64,000 nt of DNA from Phoronis australis (Eukaryota > Animalia > Phoronida). Positions 14,050 through 26,100 of this stretch are shown in pieces. Location: assembly GCA_002633005.1 (NCBI GenBank), contig NMRA01001000.1, positions 9,590 to 73,589 on the forward strand, read 5' to 3'. Under the pieces are notes generated by a model. It ran no database searches and was not told where the DNA came from. It saw only the letters and a program-made list of their open reading frames with translations. Made by a program: the position numbers and the translations under genes. The first letter of the stretch is position 1. Every line of letters starts with the position of its first letter.

Positions 14050-14351
14050 CAGGGGCGGATCCAGGATTTTGAGTAAGAGGGAGGGGGGGGGGCAGGGCAC
14101 AGGAATAGCCAGAATTTCGCCACATGCGGGCGCCCAGCCTAAAATGTAGGGATGCAGGGATCTCGAATTGTTGGGTTCGTGGACCTTATTACTAAAAAAA
14201 CGGGGGTTTGTTCAAGGCCTATGCATTGTGCATGCGCACCCCGGGCCCCCTAGGTGCGCGCTTATGCTCGTCATCAATTCGCACCCCGAACTGCCAAATA
14301 GATTTGGGAGAACTTATAGGGGGGGGGGCATGCCCCCCAAATTCGCTACAG
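14050..14351. mobile_element. CAGGGGCGGATCC-family MITE carrying a nested CATGCG-family MITE (~14123-14266)
   Basis: Starts caggggcggatccaggatttt; body matches 51566-51710 (atagcc..gcaccccgaactgccaaat) but is split by an insert resembling 35206-35458; flanks atagg/gtagg. Confidence 0.65.
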
Positions 14352-17300
14352 GTAGGCCCTTCACAATATAGTCCCTCGGAGTCTATGCCCTTCGGAGTAT
14401 AGTAAAGACCTTCGAAGCAAAGGCAGACAGAGGGAGAGAAATTTACAATATGACTTCTAAACTTTGTCAACATGTCAGAATGTTACGCCTGAGTATGATG
14501 CCTTTTAGTAGCCTACAGTGAGTAAATACCAAGAGTACAAAATAATAAAAAGAAATCAACTATAAATCAAAATTACCGAATGCCCTTAAATTTCAGAGCT
14601 TCACTGCAAAGAAAGTCTTGACAAGAAATACATTGAAAACAAAATGGGAGTTTTCTATGGCTTTCACTTGAATTAATGATAACGTAAAAAGACTGGTGTA
14701 CTATAGAGTTATGGGATCTATGAGTCTGTTGTGATAGGTAAGCCATTCACGCTTGCACAGTTGAAATGTTTTGTTGAAAGGTACGAAACCTGTTCACATA
14801 AACAACGCTATTACATAAGTCCTAGCCCTATTACAGAGTCTTATTGAATTTCAATTTAAGTACCGAATTTTACATTGTAATCCATTCAGATGAATACAAC
14901 TGACGTGGATAAACTCGCGGCAAACTGATGTTTAGTGATAATGTTAGCGACAGAACAACATGCCGGACGATTACCGACAGCTTGTTTTCAATTGAGCGTG
15001 GTCTCCAACCTCCTGCTGTAGTGTAAAGCACGGAGCAGTAACTGTGGTCTAATAACAGGATACATTGCTTGTCTGCCTACAGGTATGGTGATTTGGATTA
15101 TAAAGAAATACAAATACGACTATTTAAGGAATCATTTAAAGAGTGATTGCCGGATGAAGCTGGGCGCGTATACTGTATTGCATTAGTACAGTGTATAAAC
15201 CGCTGGGGGATACTCCTATAGAAAAGGGCAGAGGACGCGCTGCTCACAAAGGAGCGACATTTCCCTACGAAATGTCAGTGCCTATACTGATAAAATAACC
15301 AACAAAAGGGCTCATCTTCTAACAAAACTCCACTCGAAAGGGTTCAGACTAAATTCCGAACGAAATTGTTCTCAGTTCAAGCTCGATCCACGGATGGTTC
15401 CTATTTCCAAATACATCTACAGAGGGCTTTTAATATTATCTGAATTTTTAAACATTTGTTGCAAAACGTGCTCATTTTTTCAACGTCATATCTCCGAGTC
15501 TGCTTCAGACTTTTAAGTCTGATAGGCGAATTTTTAACCCATTTTAACGTGCGTTAAAACCCAGCATCCAGGAATCCCAAAGAAACGATTTAGAAGTAAA
15601 CCCTGTTTCTGTCATAAATCTAACGAGTAATAGTCAGTTACATAAGGGGGTTGCAATTTGAATATACCATTTAGTAAATATAACGGGCGTCATCAAGTTC
15701 TCAAAATTCAGGACCCATATTGTCTGTTTTTCATTCACTTTTTTGATGAGTGGGGTATCCGGCCGCTTACAAAAACGAGCAAAAACACGCAGAATAACTA
15801 GTTTTCACCAGAACCCTATTGCGCGCATGTGATTGTTAAGTGACTGACAGTCTTGCCACCTGGTGACTGCAACTGGGAGCTCACTGTCAGAACCACGAAT
15901 TTTTCAAATTCTAGAAATCGGATAAAAAATAGTAGGTGCCACCTCGACAGAATGATGTTGAAAAATGAAGCGTCTTACAGGTACCTGAATTTCCTGTAAA
16001 ACTCGAACTTCCCACTTGTAAAGAGTAAAGGTTTAAGAAATCCAGGGTCGGCTGGTTTCCCTTTTTCGTCGAGAAAAGGCCATCCGTAAGTCTTCATGCT
16101 CGCTACAAATCTCACTGAAAATGCCCCGCCAACCCAACAATTGTCACTGATTTTTAAGTTTGATGAGGTATATCTCATGTCAAAAGTCAGGACACTAAAA
16201 ACTGTTATCTGTATGCACGGTTGATAAAGTAAAACGTTGTGCTGTATCCTAGGATATGCCGCACATGTAATCTATCCAGAAGCGGGCGATGTCACTCCAA
16301 TATTTCAACAGTCCATCAAAATGTGGTCCAGTCCTAAGGCAGCATTTTGAACAGAAATGGATTTGCCTTCGTCCTTTTTTTCTACTCTAGAGGTAACACA
16401 AACGAATGGGACGGCTCTCGAGGAAGCACTTTCGTTTGATAAAACACCAGTCCTTCAATACCTGTGCCTCATAAAAAAACTGGCTCGAATTTGTGCCGTT
16501 GACTTGTGCCGCCGGCCTTTCATTGTTGTCACCTGGTACGCAGATCAGACACACGTAACGTTGCTATCAACAGCTGAAGTGAACCGTAACGAGCTAAAGG
16601 GACGGATCGTATGACGTTGTCTGCTTATAGATTAACAGAGTGGTAACGAACGGCTTAGGTGACAACTCAAACATAACCTAGGCATCAGTTAGTGTTTTGA
16701 TCATCAGCGGTGGATTAACACAGCAGATACGCAACTATTGGGAGTCTCCTCCTTGAACAAGTTGTGTATCTATACGTACTGGCTTCAGTCCCAATGCTGA
16801 TTTTATTGCACTGAGCGGCAGGTTTGTAGCGCAATCACGTTTAGGGTGTTCATCGGTTGTGTGTACGAATATGAGCAGCTTACCGTGTTATTATCATTAT
16901 ACTGTTACTGTGACTCGCGGAGCCAATTTGCGGACCATACTGTTTTTTAAGTGGTTTAGCGGGCCACTATTTGCGTTTTTGTCTTATAGTCAATCCGTTT
17001 ATTAGATAGTAAATAAGTAAAGTAAGTAGGTCTTGAATGTTTATTTTACTAGGGTGTGTACACCAGATGCATAAGTCGTGACTTCACATGATTTCCTCAG
17101 TCGCTTACGGAGTGGATGACAGAGGTGACGAGTAGGGTTCTGTCCGTCCACTTTTTCTATCCGAGAAAGCAATAATATGTGTTCCGTATGTTCGGGCTCA
17201 CAAGTAAGATTTCCTCGGGTAGCAACTGTGTCCTTAGCACACACCTGCATACTTTCCAGTCCACACCGGCGGCACTTGTCAATGCGCCCAAAATGCAAAA

Positions 17301-18517
17301 TTGGGTACAGGTATAGGACACTTTCCCTTCAGCATGGGCCACTTACTGATGCTTGTCTGGCAAAAAAAGATATTTTCGCGGTCACCTGTTTAGACTCAAT
17401 ACGATATGCTTGTTTCATAATCACGGACTTCACCTTTTGGAAGAGTAATTTGTTTTCCGCAGTATGGCGAAATAACGTGAGAAACAGCGGAGCTGGATTC
17501 GTTGCAACCTCCACCACATGCGCATACTACTTGACTTCGTGCAAGCCCAAATGCAGACGCTATTTGGTAAGAAGCCAATTGGCAATAAGTTTGAACGCAA
17601 CGTCTGGGTTTTTAATATCATCCATATTTTGAAAGCTTTGGGTGCAAAATTTGCCAATGATAATTTTTTGACAAGCAATTTCCCAGAATGCTCACGTGAA
17701 GGGCTGTGTTTCTAGCTTCTGGGAGCAACACTCGAAAAGGCATACGGGGGGTAAGCACAGCAATGAGAGACCTTGGAAAGGGTGACATGTTCATGGACGC
17801 TCCCTGCACATATGGTTGGGCTTATTTTTTAGAATCTTCTTTCTAAATGTGCGGCATGTCAAAAGGTAGTCCAGCAGGTTACTTCCAGGAGTGGCAACTC
17901 TCAAATGGTGAACATCCGCTGCACGCCTGTTTTTTCTCGTCGTCCTCGGAGGATATGGGGGGAGGCTGTCCCTAAACTTTCAACGTACGCAGGAACAATG
18001 TTGCAAATCACGACACCTGTGAGTAACCTAGTTAAATTATCTATTAAATTTTTCAGTTCCAACTTGTAATCCCGCGCTATGTCAACACAGCAATTAGAAC
18101 CCATTGTCATGACGCCGTCATCGGTAAGTTTCCTCTTTCGCCGAATGTTACATAACATTCCTCCGTTATGATTTATGTTATGATTACGTAAGCAGTGTGT
18201 GTCACCGCTGTCCATTCTTATGGCTTCAAAAGGGCGAATCGCCACCCGTTGTTACGCGGGCTGGTAATTGCCTGCTTCATTGTGTCACCCACAAATAGTT
18301 GTTTATTGGCCATTACTGGAAAGATTATAAGCTTAATACCTAGAAACCATGCTTATTTACATGTACGCCTCTGAGCTGGTGGCAGTGTAAGCGGATCTTA
18401 GTTTTATCTCCCGTTCTTGCAATCCGTCCTCGGTAGTCGATGAACGAACGGTTTCAGTGATTGATTTGTATAGGACAGGTATTCTTCCCGACTTGACTTT
18501 TTCCTCTATCTCAAACC

Positions 18518-20089
18518 ATGCCGCCAGATATTCAGCCTACCAAGAAACACGTAAGTACGCGATCTAGTGATAACGCACAATACGTGTGCTCCACGTAATT
18601 ACGTTACACTGTGATGCAAGAAACTTCAATTTATCGAAACTAGCGACAAGGAGAGTTTTGAAAGTTATAGACTAATTAGGTTACCTTTTGTTCCAAGATG
18701 AACCTCCAATGGTCGCCATAATTACCCACTATTGCCGCAACAACAGATTCGTCAGTTGGTCCGCCACCATTTTTATGGCAAGCTGGTCTGTAGCCGGCTG
18801 CACCTTGGCCTTACAGAGGACAAGTATATATGTATCGCAACCGTAGTCATGCATGTTATGAAAACCATATAATTTTTTGGTAATGTCAGAGAGATATGAA
18901 TATGATCAGGAAGAGATATCTCTTCCTGATATTATCCAGTTGTATGTTACTATGTTTAACCATCCCAATCACTGACAATTGATGAGTCATTTTAGCCGGA
19001 ATATTTTCTGGATTTTTTTCCAAAATTATTTTTACTCTTGTGAACAAAGCTAACCACTGCGTATACGTTGTGTTCGTGCGATAAATATTCAAGATTCTAA
19101 AAAAGTCGTAAAAGGCTATCATGAACGTGGTTAATGTTAGTGAGATAGGAATGTACAATTCTCAACATATCTTTGTTTTCATTTTTCTCCTCCCGCGATG
19201 TAAATCAATTTTCCTTGCGGTAATATTTATTAATATGGAAAACATGATTATATTTCTGTTGCGGTCAGTGACATTCAAAAGACAGTCTTATGTTCCCGTT
19301 ACGTTTAATATTATTGGGATGTCAATGTTAAGTTGTATTCGCTCTCGATTCTGAGTAAGACTTTAAAAAGGAGCATGGTGTGATGTTTTGAACATGGCTG
19401 GACAATATAGCATTTAGTTGAAGTTTGAAATAAAAAAGAAATTCGAGATCTACTATTCGCTGTTTCAGGTGTCTCTCAGTAAAGAAGCAGTTGAACAGCA
19501 CGAGAAGAATCAAACAAAGCGTCTGTCAGTGTCCATGGCTCCTGGCAGGCGCATGTCCGTGGCGTCAACTCAGAGCTTCGAAAGTAATGCGCAGAGAAGG
19601 CAATCGCGTGTTGGTCTGGCAGTCTCCAATTTGATGGGAATGGGGGGTGCCACGAGGCGCATGTCACGTGTCGTTCGCGGGGCAGCAAGTGAAAACATTC
19701 GCGAAGCCCTGGTTCAGCCGAAGCCACCCCCCGTGGAGAACACGTACAGGATGGAACCTAAAGAAAACGAACACTTTGGGATCTCAAAGGTCGAACAGAC
19801 GGTGAAGAACACGCTGGAGTTATTTTTAAAGAATGAGACTTACGATCGTGAGACCGCACCGCAACTGACATGCGAACTGTGCACGATGATTAAAAATCGC
19901 GTGAAGGATTTGGAGATGCCGCGCTACAAAACTGTTGTAAATGTGTTACTCGGAGAAATAAATGGACAAGGTCTTGAGGCAGCAAGTCGTTGCTTGTGGA
20001 ACCCTCAGACGGATAACTACGCATGCGTGAATTACAAAAACAGCTCACTTTTCGCGACCGTAACAGTTCACGCGTTTTACTTTGAGTAA
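18518..20089 (+). CDS. TCTEX1D1: Tctex-1 domain dynein light chain (TCTEX1D1/DYNLT5-like), 2 exons, ~217 aa
   Basis: Exon 1 18518-18550 (MPPDIQPTKKH, donor gtaagt, phase 0); exon 2 19469-20089 after tgtttcag. C-terminal Tctex-1 domain: ENTYRMEP..F...V......L....YD......L...IK.RVKDLEMPRYK.VV.V..GE..GQGL..ASRCLWN..TDNYA...YKNSSLFA..TVHAFYFE. AATAAA at ~20749 and ~20776. Exact orthologue among the TCTEX1D paralogues is uncertain. Confidence 0.9.
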
Positions 20090-22146
20090 AACGTGCTAAC
20101 GGATCGCCGGGAAACAGCGCCGTTCACGGCGTCTTGACCATGTCCTCATTGAATGGCAAATCGATTAGATTCAAGAACATAACATTTTCAGCACAAAAGT
20201 GTGTTGAACAACTTGATAAAAACGCACGCAACATGACAAAAACCTTGAGCTGTCATTGTCATATTTCCTTAAGTGGTGTCCGGTGACATCGCTGACTTGA
20301 GCAACTGATTGTTACGTTATCTAGCAGCTGAGACAGTATGAGTTTTATTGCTGTGCGATACATCGGGTTATTCCTGTAGAGGTGATCTTTGTGCCAATTT
20401 ATTGTGCAAAATGTGTATTCATTCTACGTCTTGTTCAGAATACGTTGCAGTTTCCCTACTGTACACCTAATGAAATAATTAAAACACGGTACTTTTTGCG
20501 GTAGTGACCGCACATGAAAGTTGAAAGAATGTATTTTATCAAGAAAAAAAACAGTCAAAATTTGCAAGTAAGTAAATTGTTCATGAACCCTCGCGTTTAG
20601 ATGTTGTTTAGAGTTACTAGGTTGTATAAAGTTACACTATGTTGTATAGAGTTACTGTGTAGTATGAAGGAGCAGACTCCACGAGCTGTAAACATTGTTG
20701 TTAATTATCGTTATTATGACAATCTGGATACGCGAGTCATTTCGCAAAAATAAACTGTGAAATAAGCGACGTAGGAATAAAGCTATTTAAAAAGTTGAAG
20801 CTTTTAAGATATATGTTAAAAAAGGTAAAAATCCCAAACTAAATGAAAAGGAAGCACATTCTTGGCTGGTTTGTGTTTTTGAAAATCGAGTCAGTGGTGC
20901 GATATATGTTTTTAGTTTAACATTTTTAAAGAAAAAACTCCATCTGAAACTAGAAAAAATGATGCGGTGTTTTTTGTTCTGAAACTGAACTGGTTTCGGG
21001 GGGGGGGGTGGTTGTCTGCAGGCTTGCCTGTGCTCAACGAGTCCTCTTTTTGCATGGAAATGGTTTCACTAACTAATTTGTTGCCAAATGACCAGATTAT
21101 GAATATTTGAGAAATGCACGCTCGTAGCCTACAACGCCTAATACAGTGACGAACGCCTAAGATAGTCAGTGGGGTCTCAGTTGTATGAGAACATTTCGTG
21201 GGTACTTTTACCGGCAATTTACTTTTTTCTAGTATGGCGTAATAAAATATTTCTAATTCTTGTTTTACATACAAAACACGCGTCAGGCTGAAGATTTTTG
21301 TAGAGTTTCTAAGGGTTCAAAAAACTAGGACTTATGATCAGTGATGAGTCCATGTAGTTCATTAAAAGGGAATTATCGGCAAGGCACAGGAACCGAGTGC
21401 AGCACCGGCTGAACGCTGAGCTAATCCCACAGCAGTACTAAATTCTGTTTTAAATTGATGATTTCAACCAATCCTCGTTCTGTTACCTGCTAATGCATCA
21501 TTGATCTGGCGTCAACATTCCAGGTTAAGGGCAAGAATGAACAAAAGCTCATACTCCCTACGTCACAGATTGGACATTATGGTCCTTGGTGAGTGGTCTT
21601 TTCCCACGACTGGCGTGTAATGAGCTAAAGGCGTACATGTTGGTCACTCTTGCGCCGGCCACTGAGATTTGGAAAGGAGTTTTCAAAATTTCCTCCTATA
21701 ACTGTGAAGATATTCAAAGATTAGGGCTATTCTCTTATTTCAGAGAACTGGATGGGAAAGTGGTTTTTAGTATCCGTTGATAAGCCAAAAGAGAGTTTGG
21801 TCAATTTAAGTGTATTTAAATGGTAACGACATCGAAATTGACTTTAGCCCGCGAATTGTTGTCACATACCACTGTGTCAAGTTGTGCCAAGTTCAGTTCT
21901 TTGATGCCCAATCAGGGCTTCTTAGATATCCGACGACCAGAAAACTGGAGTGAACTGCCGTAGGCCCTACACAACTGAACTGACCACTTGGGGCGGGTGC
22001 TGCGCAGTATTGCCATAGCGGTCAAATCCGTCTGAAAACTGATAAATTGCCGACGCATTGTAATCGCGGCCACAAATCTCTGTGACATCACGGGAATCCC
22101 GACCGGCATCTTTTTCCGTTAGACAACACCTGGATTGGCTCAGTTC

Positions 22147-22458
22147 CCCGGGGGTTCACTCATATTGAGAAGTGCCTGCAGCCGTGTACCAAAAATTGCA
22201 GGTAGGCGCGGTAGCCTACTTTTTCAGCAAGTTTTGCGGGACCCGCACATGGTTCCAATAGGTATCTAAATTTCCATTTCGTCCCGCAAAAGGCCCACTG
22301 CACTCGGCTGGCCTCAGCGCACTGTCCGTCTTAATTCCCTACCCCCTGCAAAAGGGGTGGGAATTAGCAGATCTCAGTGGCACCGGCAATAATAAAGGAG
22401 TCTCCCAACAACTTTAGGTAGGGTAAACGCCTGCGTGCACCATATGAGTGACCCCCGT
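22147..22458. mobile_element. MITE-like element
   Basis: cccgggggttcactcatat and atatgagtgacccccgtg form terminal inverted repeats; no clear TSD. Confidence 0.5.
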
Positions 22459-22929
22459 GCTTTTTACCCCAACGACTGAAGCCCGCACTCCTCTGAGTCT
22501 GGATGGCGCGCAGTACCGGTGGAGTGCGTCCCGCCGATGAACAGCTTCAGCAGAGTTCATCTGGTTTATTGCTGTTACAGTGTATGACTACCACAAACTA
22601 TTGTTGTGCCAGTTTCAAACTGGGGAAATGTTTTTTTCTGTCCTCTGCTGCACCTAATCCTTTTGACTAAATGACTCTAAAGCTCTTTTTCAGTGCCCAG
22701 TCAGTTTCCCCGTCATTTCAGTCAAAGGCGATGGTTGTTCGGATGGTCTAAATGGGGAACATGAAAAAGCCAATCTTATGTAAGTGAGCACCAGGCACTG
22801 GCGGCAGTACGGCGGAAGCCGTGCTACCAATCTCAAGTCCAAGCTGCCTTCGTGGTCCGCAGGCAGAATCTTAGTCCGGCAGACTGAGTAGTCATCCTTG
22901 CAGTTGAGAGAAAGTCCAAGCTTCTAAAA

Positions 22930-22975
22930 TTAACCGCTAGAAGGCGTAATATGTGAATGAACCGGAACTGAAACC
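22930..22975 (+). promoter_or_regulatory. Conserved promoter-proximal block of the F-box genes (ETS-like ACCGGAAC motif)
   Basis: accggaactgaaa occurs ~150 bp upstream of the ATG in all three paralogues (22961, 36231, 50944), preceded by a shared aaccgc(t/c)ag motif. Confidence 0.4.
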
Positions 22976-23108
22976 AGCAGATGAACGAAACTTCACAACT
23001 CTAAGGGCTAAGGCCAAAAGCCCAACCTCGAAAGACAGCTTAGTAGCAGGATTTTGTTGCAGAGCATAAACAACCACCCTGTGGACCTAGAGAGATTAAT
23101 TATCAGCT

Positions 23109-26100
23109 ATGGCCAGTACAGGTAGTTCTCTATATAATGTGCAATGTGTCCTTTAACCACAGGATTCCTACCCTCAGACACAGCGCCACCTATTGTAAGA
23201 CTGATAAAGAGTGTAGTCAATGATTCCCAGCCTAAACATGCAGCACAGAACTTGAACAAGAAATCCCCAGCCAACCCAGCAGGCGTCAATTTTTAATGAA
23301 GGTGGGAGGGTATATTAGCGTGGCTAAAAAACTATTAAGGTCCACCTGACCTGAGCTGACCTAGCTGTCAGCACTGCATTAGAAACTTGACCCGTTTTAC
23401 AGCACTTGTGTCAGTAAAATTGTACAATTGAGCTCAGCTACCATTGTGGAGAGTGTATTTAATTTCGATATTATGGTGGTTTAAAGTGGGACCACTACGT
23501 CCGACTAGTGCCCTTCAGCATGCTCATCATATGTCAGCGATGGCTGATTGGGTTCATAAACAGCAGTCAGCACTCTTGACAGACACTTGATACGATTTTC
23601 TATTCGATAACTTTGAGCTGATAGTCTCAGGGGTTCATATAAAACTTTCAGGCACTGTTCTCCCAAAGTGGTTAGGAAGTGTTTTTATTAATCCACTTTT
23701 ACTTGACGCCTTATCAAAAGTACAATTTATATCTGAAAAAAATTTGAAGTGCATCATGATAAAATCAGAGAACTGTAACAGCATTCACCTGTAACATTCA
23801 TCAAATAAATTACTATCGTTGTGTCTGTGATTTTACCCTTGTGTTTTGTAAATTTTCACTGAAGACGTATCATGCGACTCCATCAAAGGCAGATTGGTGT
23901 GAAGTCACAAGTCATGTTCTACACCAGCAGAGTTTGGAGCTCATTAATTATCATACTGTCAACTCACCAAATGTGTCCTGGCAATGAAATTCCTAGGTCG
24001 GGAAACGAATTTGCAGAAGTTGTGAATGTCTTGGCCTCAAATGATGCATATAGCTCTAGCAGCAAAGGAAAACTGAAAACAGGACATCTGAATTGAGGAA
24101 CCGGGACAACTGGGAAAATGTCTGATAGAACACCCCAAAACATCGGGATGAATGGAAAATTAATAATGTGTCTGTTCAGTGATGTCCAATATGGCCGCCT
24201 AACAGTAGACTTGTCTCACGGCTACTAGTAGGCTTGACTTCTGTCATAGGAAAGGCAAATGACCAGAACACGTCTGTGCATGTCAAAGAATTGAACCTTC
24301 TGTTTTTAAGTTTACGGATTGTACCCCCAAGACCCCCACATCCCATGACCCCCTCGACTCATGACATCCCTCGACCCACGACCCCCTCGACCCATGGCCA
24401 ACAACCCCCTCGACCCTGTCTACACAAGCTCAACTCAATCTGAACGTAAAACAACCGCTGACGTAATTGCAGGACCAACGAGTCTGGCCGTGAGCTTGGC
24501 TGGGTTTACCCTGTTTATTTTTCAATTAAGAGAGTTTATTCAGCAAGGTTGAAAGCCAAATACAGAAAAAAACTGAGCAAATCAAATCAAAGACCCTAGC
24601 AATGTTACAAATGTTGTTCTCGGCAAAGTGTAATCGTCTCTTCTGCTCTTTGGCAGTTTCTAGCTTTTGTGGAGAGTGCGAGGAACCTACGAATCTGTAA
24701 TTTCTCCAGTAAATACAGGTTGAAAAAACAAGCTGAAATGAAAAATTATCCCAACATTACACAGAGTATATATTGAAAACGAGAATACAACAGAAAGCAA
24801 ATTATAATAAAACTGTGACATTATGTCCATTCACGTTAACGTAATCTCTCCCTAAATTTAGTATGCTATTGGTATAGCTGCTCTTGGAACTATTTTTGTG
24901 ACAGTGATAGCACACTCATTTTCTGTTTTTTACCACCAGACTTGAGCCAGAGCAGATTTGCGAGTAGGTAAGTCTTTTTGTGGGAATTTCATTCAGCGAC
25001 TTAGGTCTAATATGATTATGAAATACATTGTGTAAAATGTGTAAAGATAAATCTCAGTATTGCCACAGGTCGTGGGTTGAATTGATAGGGTTGAAGGGTC
25101 GTGAGACGAGGGGTTCAGGGTGTGTGTTGATCAACGGGGTTTTAGAACAATCATTTTTTTACAGAATAATTCTATGTTAAGAATTGTTTGATGACACTTG
25201 GTTCAGTTTTACCTCAAAATCTAACTGCTGCCTGTTGGTTTGGTAATTGGACCAATTATGTATAAACAGTAGAATTAATGAGAAGCAGAATAAGTTCAGT
25301 TGGCAACAATTGCACAAAAGTTTTAGGTTGTAAAATTCACATTTCTTGTCTGATTTTCAAAATTCCGCACCACCTGGTTGTGTGTCAATGTAGGATTCTG
25401 TTCATGCTGTCTGACTCCATCTTGTTCCTGAAGTATTTTGAGCAGTTAGATTTATCATTTTGTAAAATATTCAATCCTGTGATTGAAGGTGGGTGATCCT
25501 TTTCTGTAGCCTTTCGTTCACTCGGCCAATGCCTGAATTGTCATGCTCTGATTTAGCGCTTGTCAAATTTACTGGACCATTTTCGGATGCTTGACGAGAG
25601 TTTCAGTGCATTATTTTATTGAGAAGTTTTCAGTGAGTTGGTGGTGAGTAGCTAAAACCATGATTTTTACTTTTAGTATCCTTAGTAATTTCCCTGATGT
25701 GCTATAGTTACACATTGTGAGCCAGATAAATTCTCGATGTCCTCTACATGGAAGTTGTCAAATTGTTTTAATTTTTTTCAGTTTCCATCAACGATTTGCC
25801 AGATTTTATTCAAGAAAAAGTTTTCCTCAATCTTCACATCAAAGATGTATTAGTGTGTACTCAAGTCTGCTCCCAATGGAAAGATGCCATTGAAAACAAT
25901 GTGTTTTGGAAGAGATTCATTGGAAAATGGTTTGATATCACTGCTTCAGACGAGCTGTTGAGTCAGAGTGTTTTAAATGACTGGAGAGACCCAGATGAAT
26001 TCTTTCCATACTTCACTGATGAGGGCGCTCCAAACTGCTGGGTGTTCAAACTGTATCCTGTGGTCTGGGGTTGTGGTGTCGCAGCCCCAAGGGACTTCTC

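Noticed and set aside
15975-16030. TSGKFEFY resemblance to bacterial molybdopterin oxidoreductase motif
   Set aside because: Only 8 residues match; no other family motifs nearby.
19418-19468. N-terminus MKFEIKKKFEIYYSLFQ of the Tctex-1 ORF
   Set aside because: Starts at TTG and is intronic; acceptor at 19468 and upstream exon 18518-18550 give a better model.
24940-24967. 28-nt micro-exon candidate (cag|..tag|gtaagt) in paralogue 1
   Set aside because: Lies within a Mutator-like element, is absent from the other paralogues and would break the frame.
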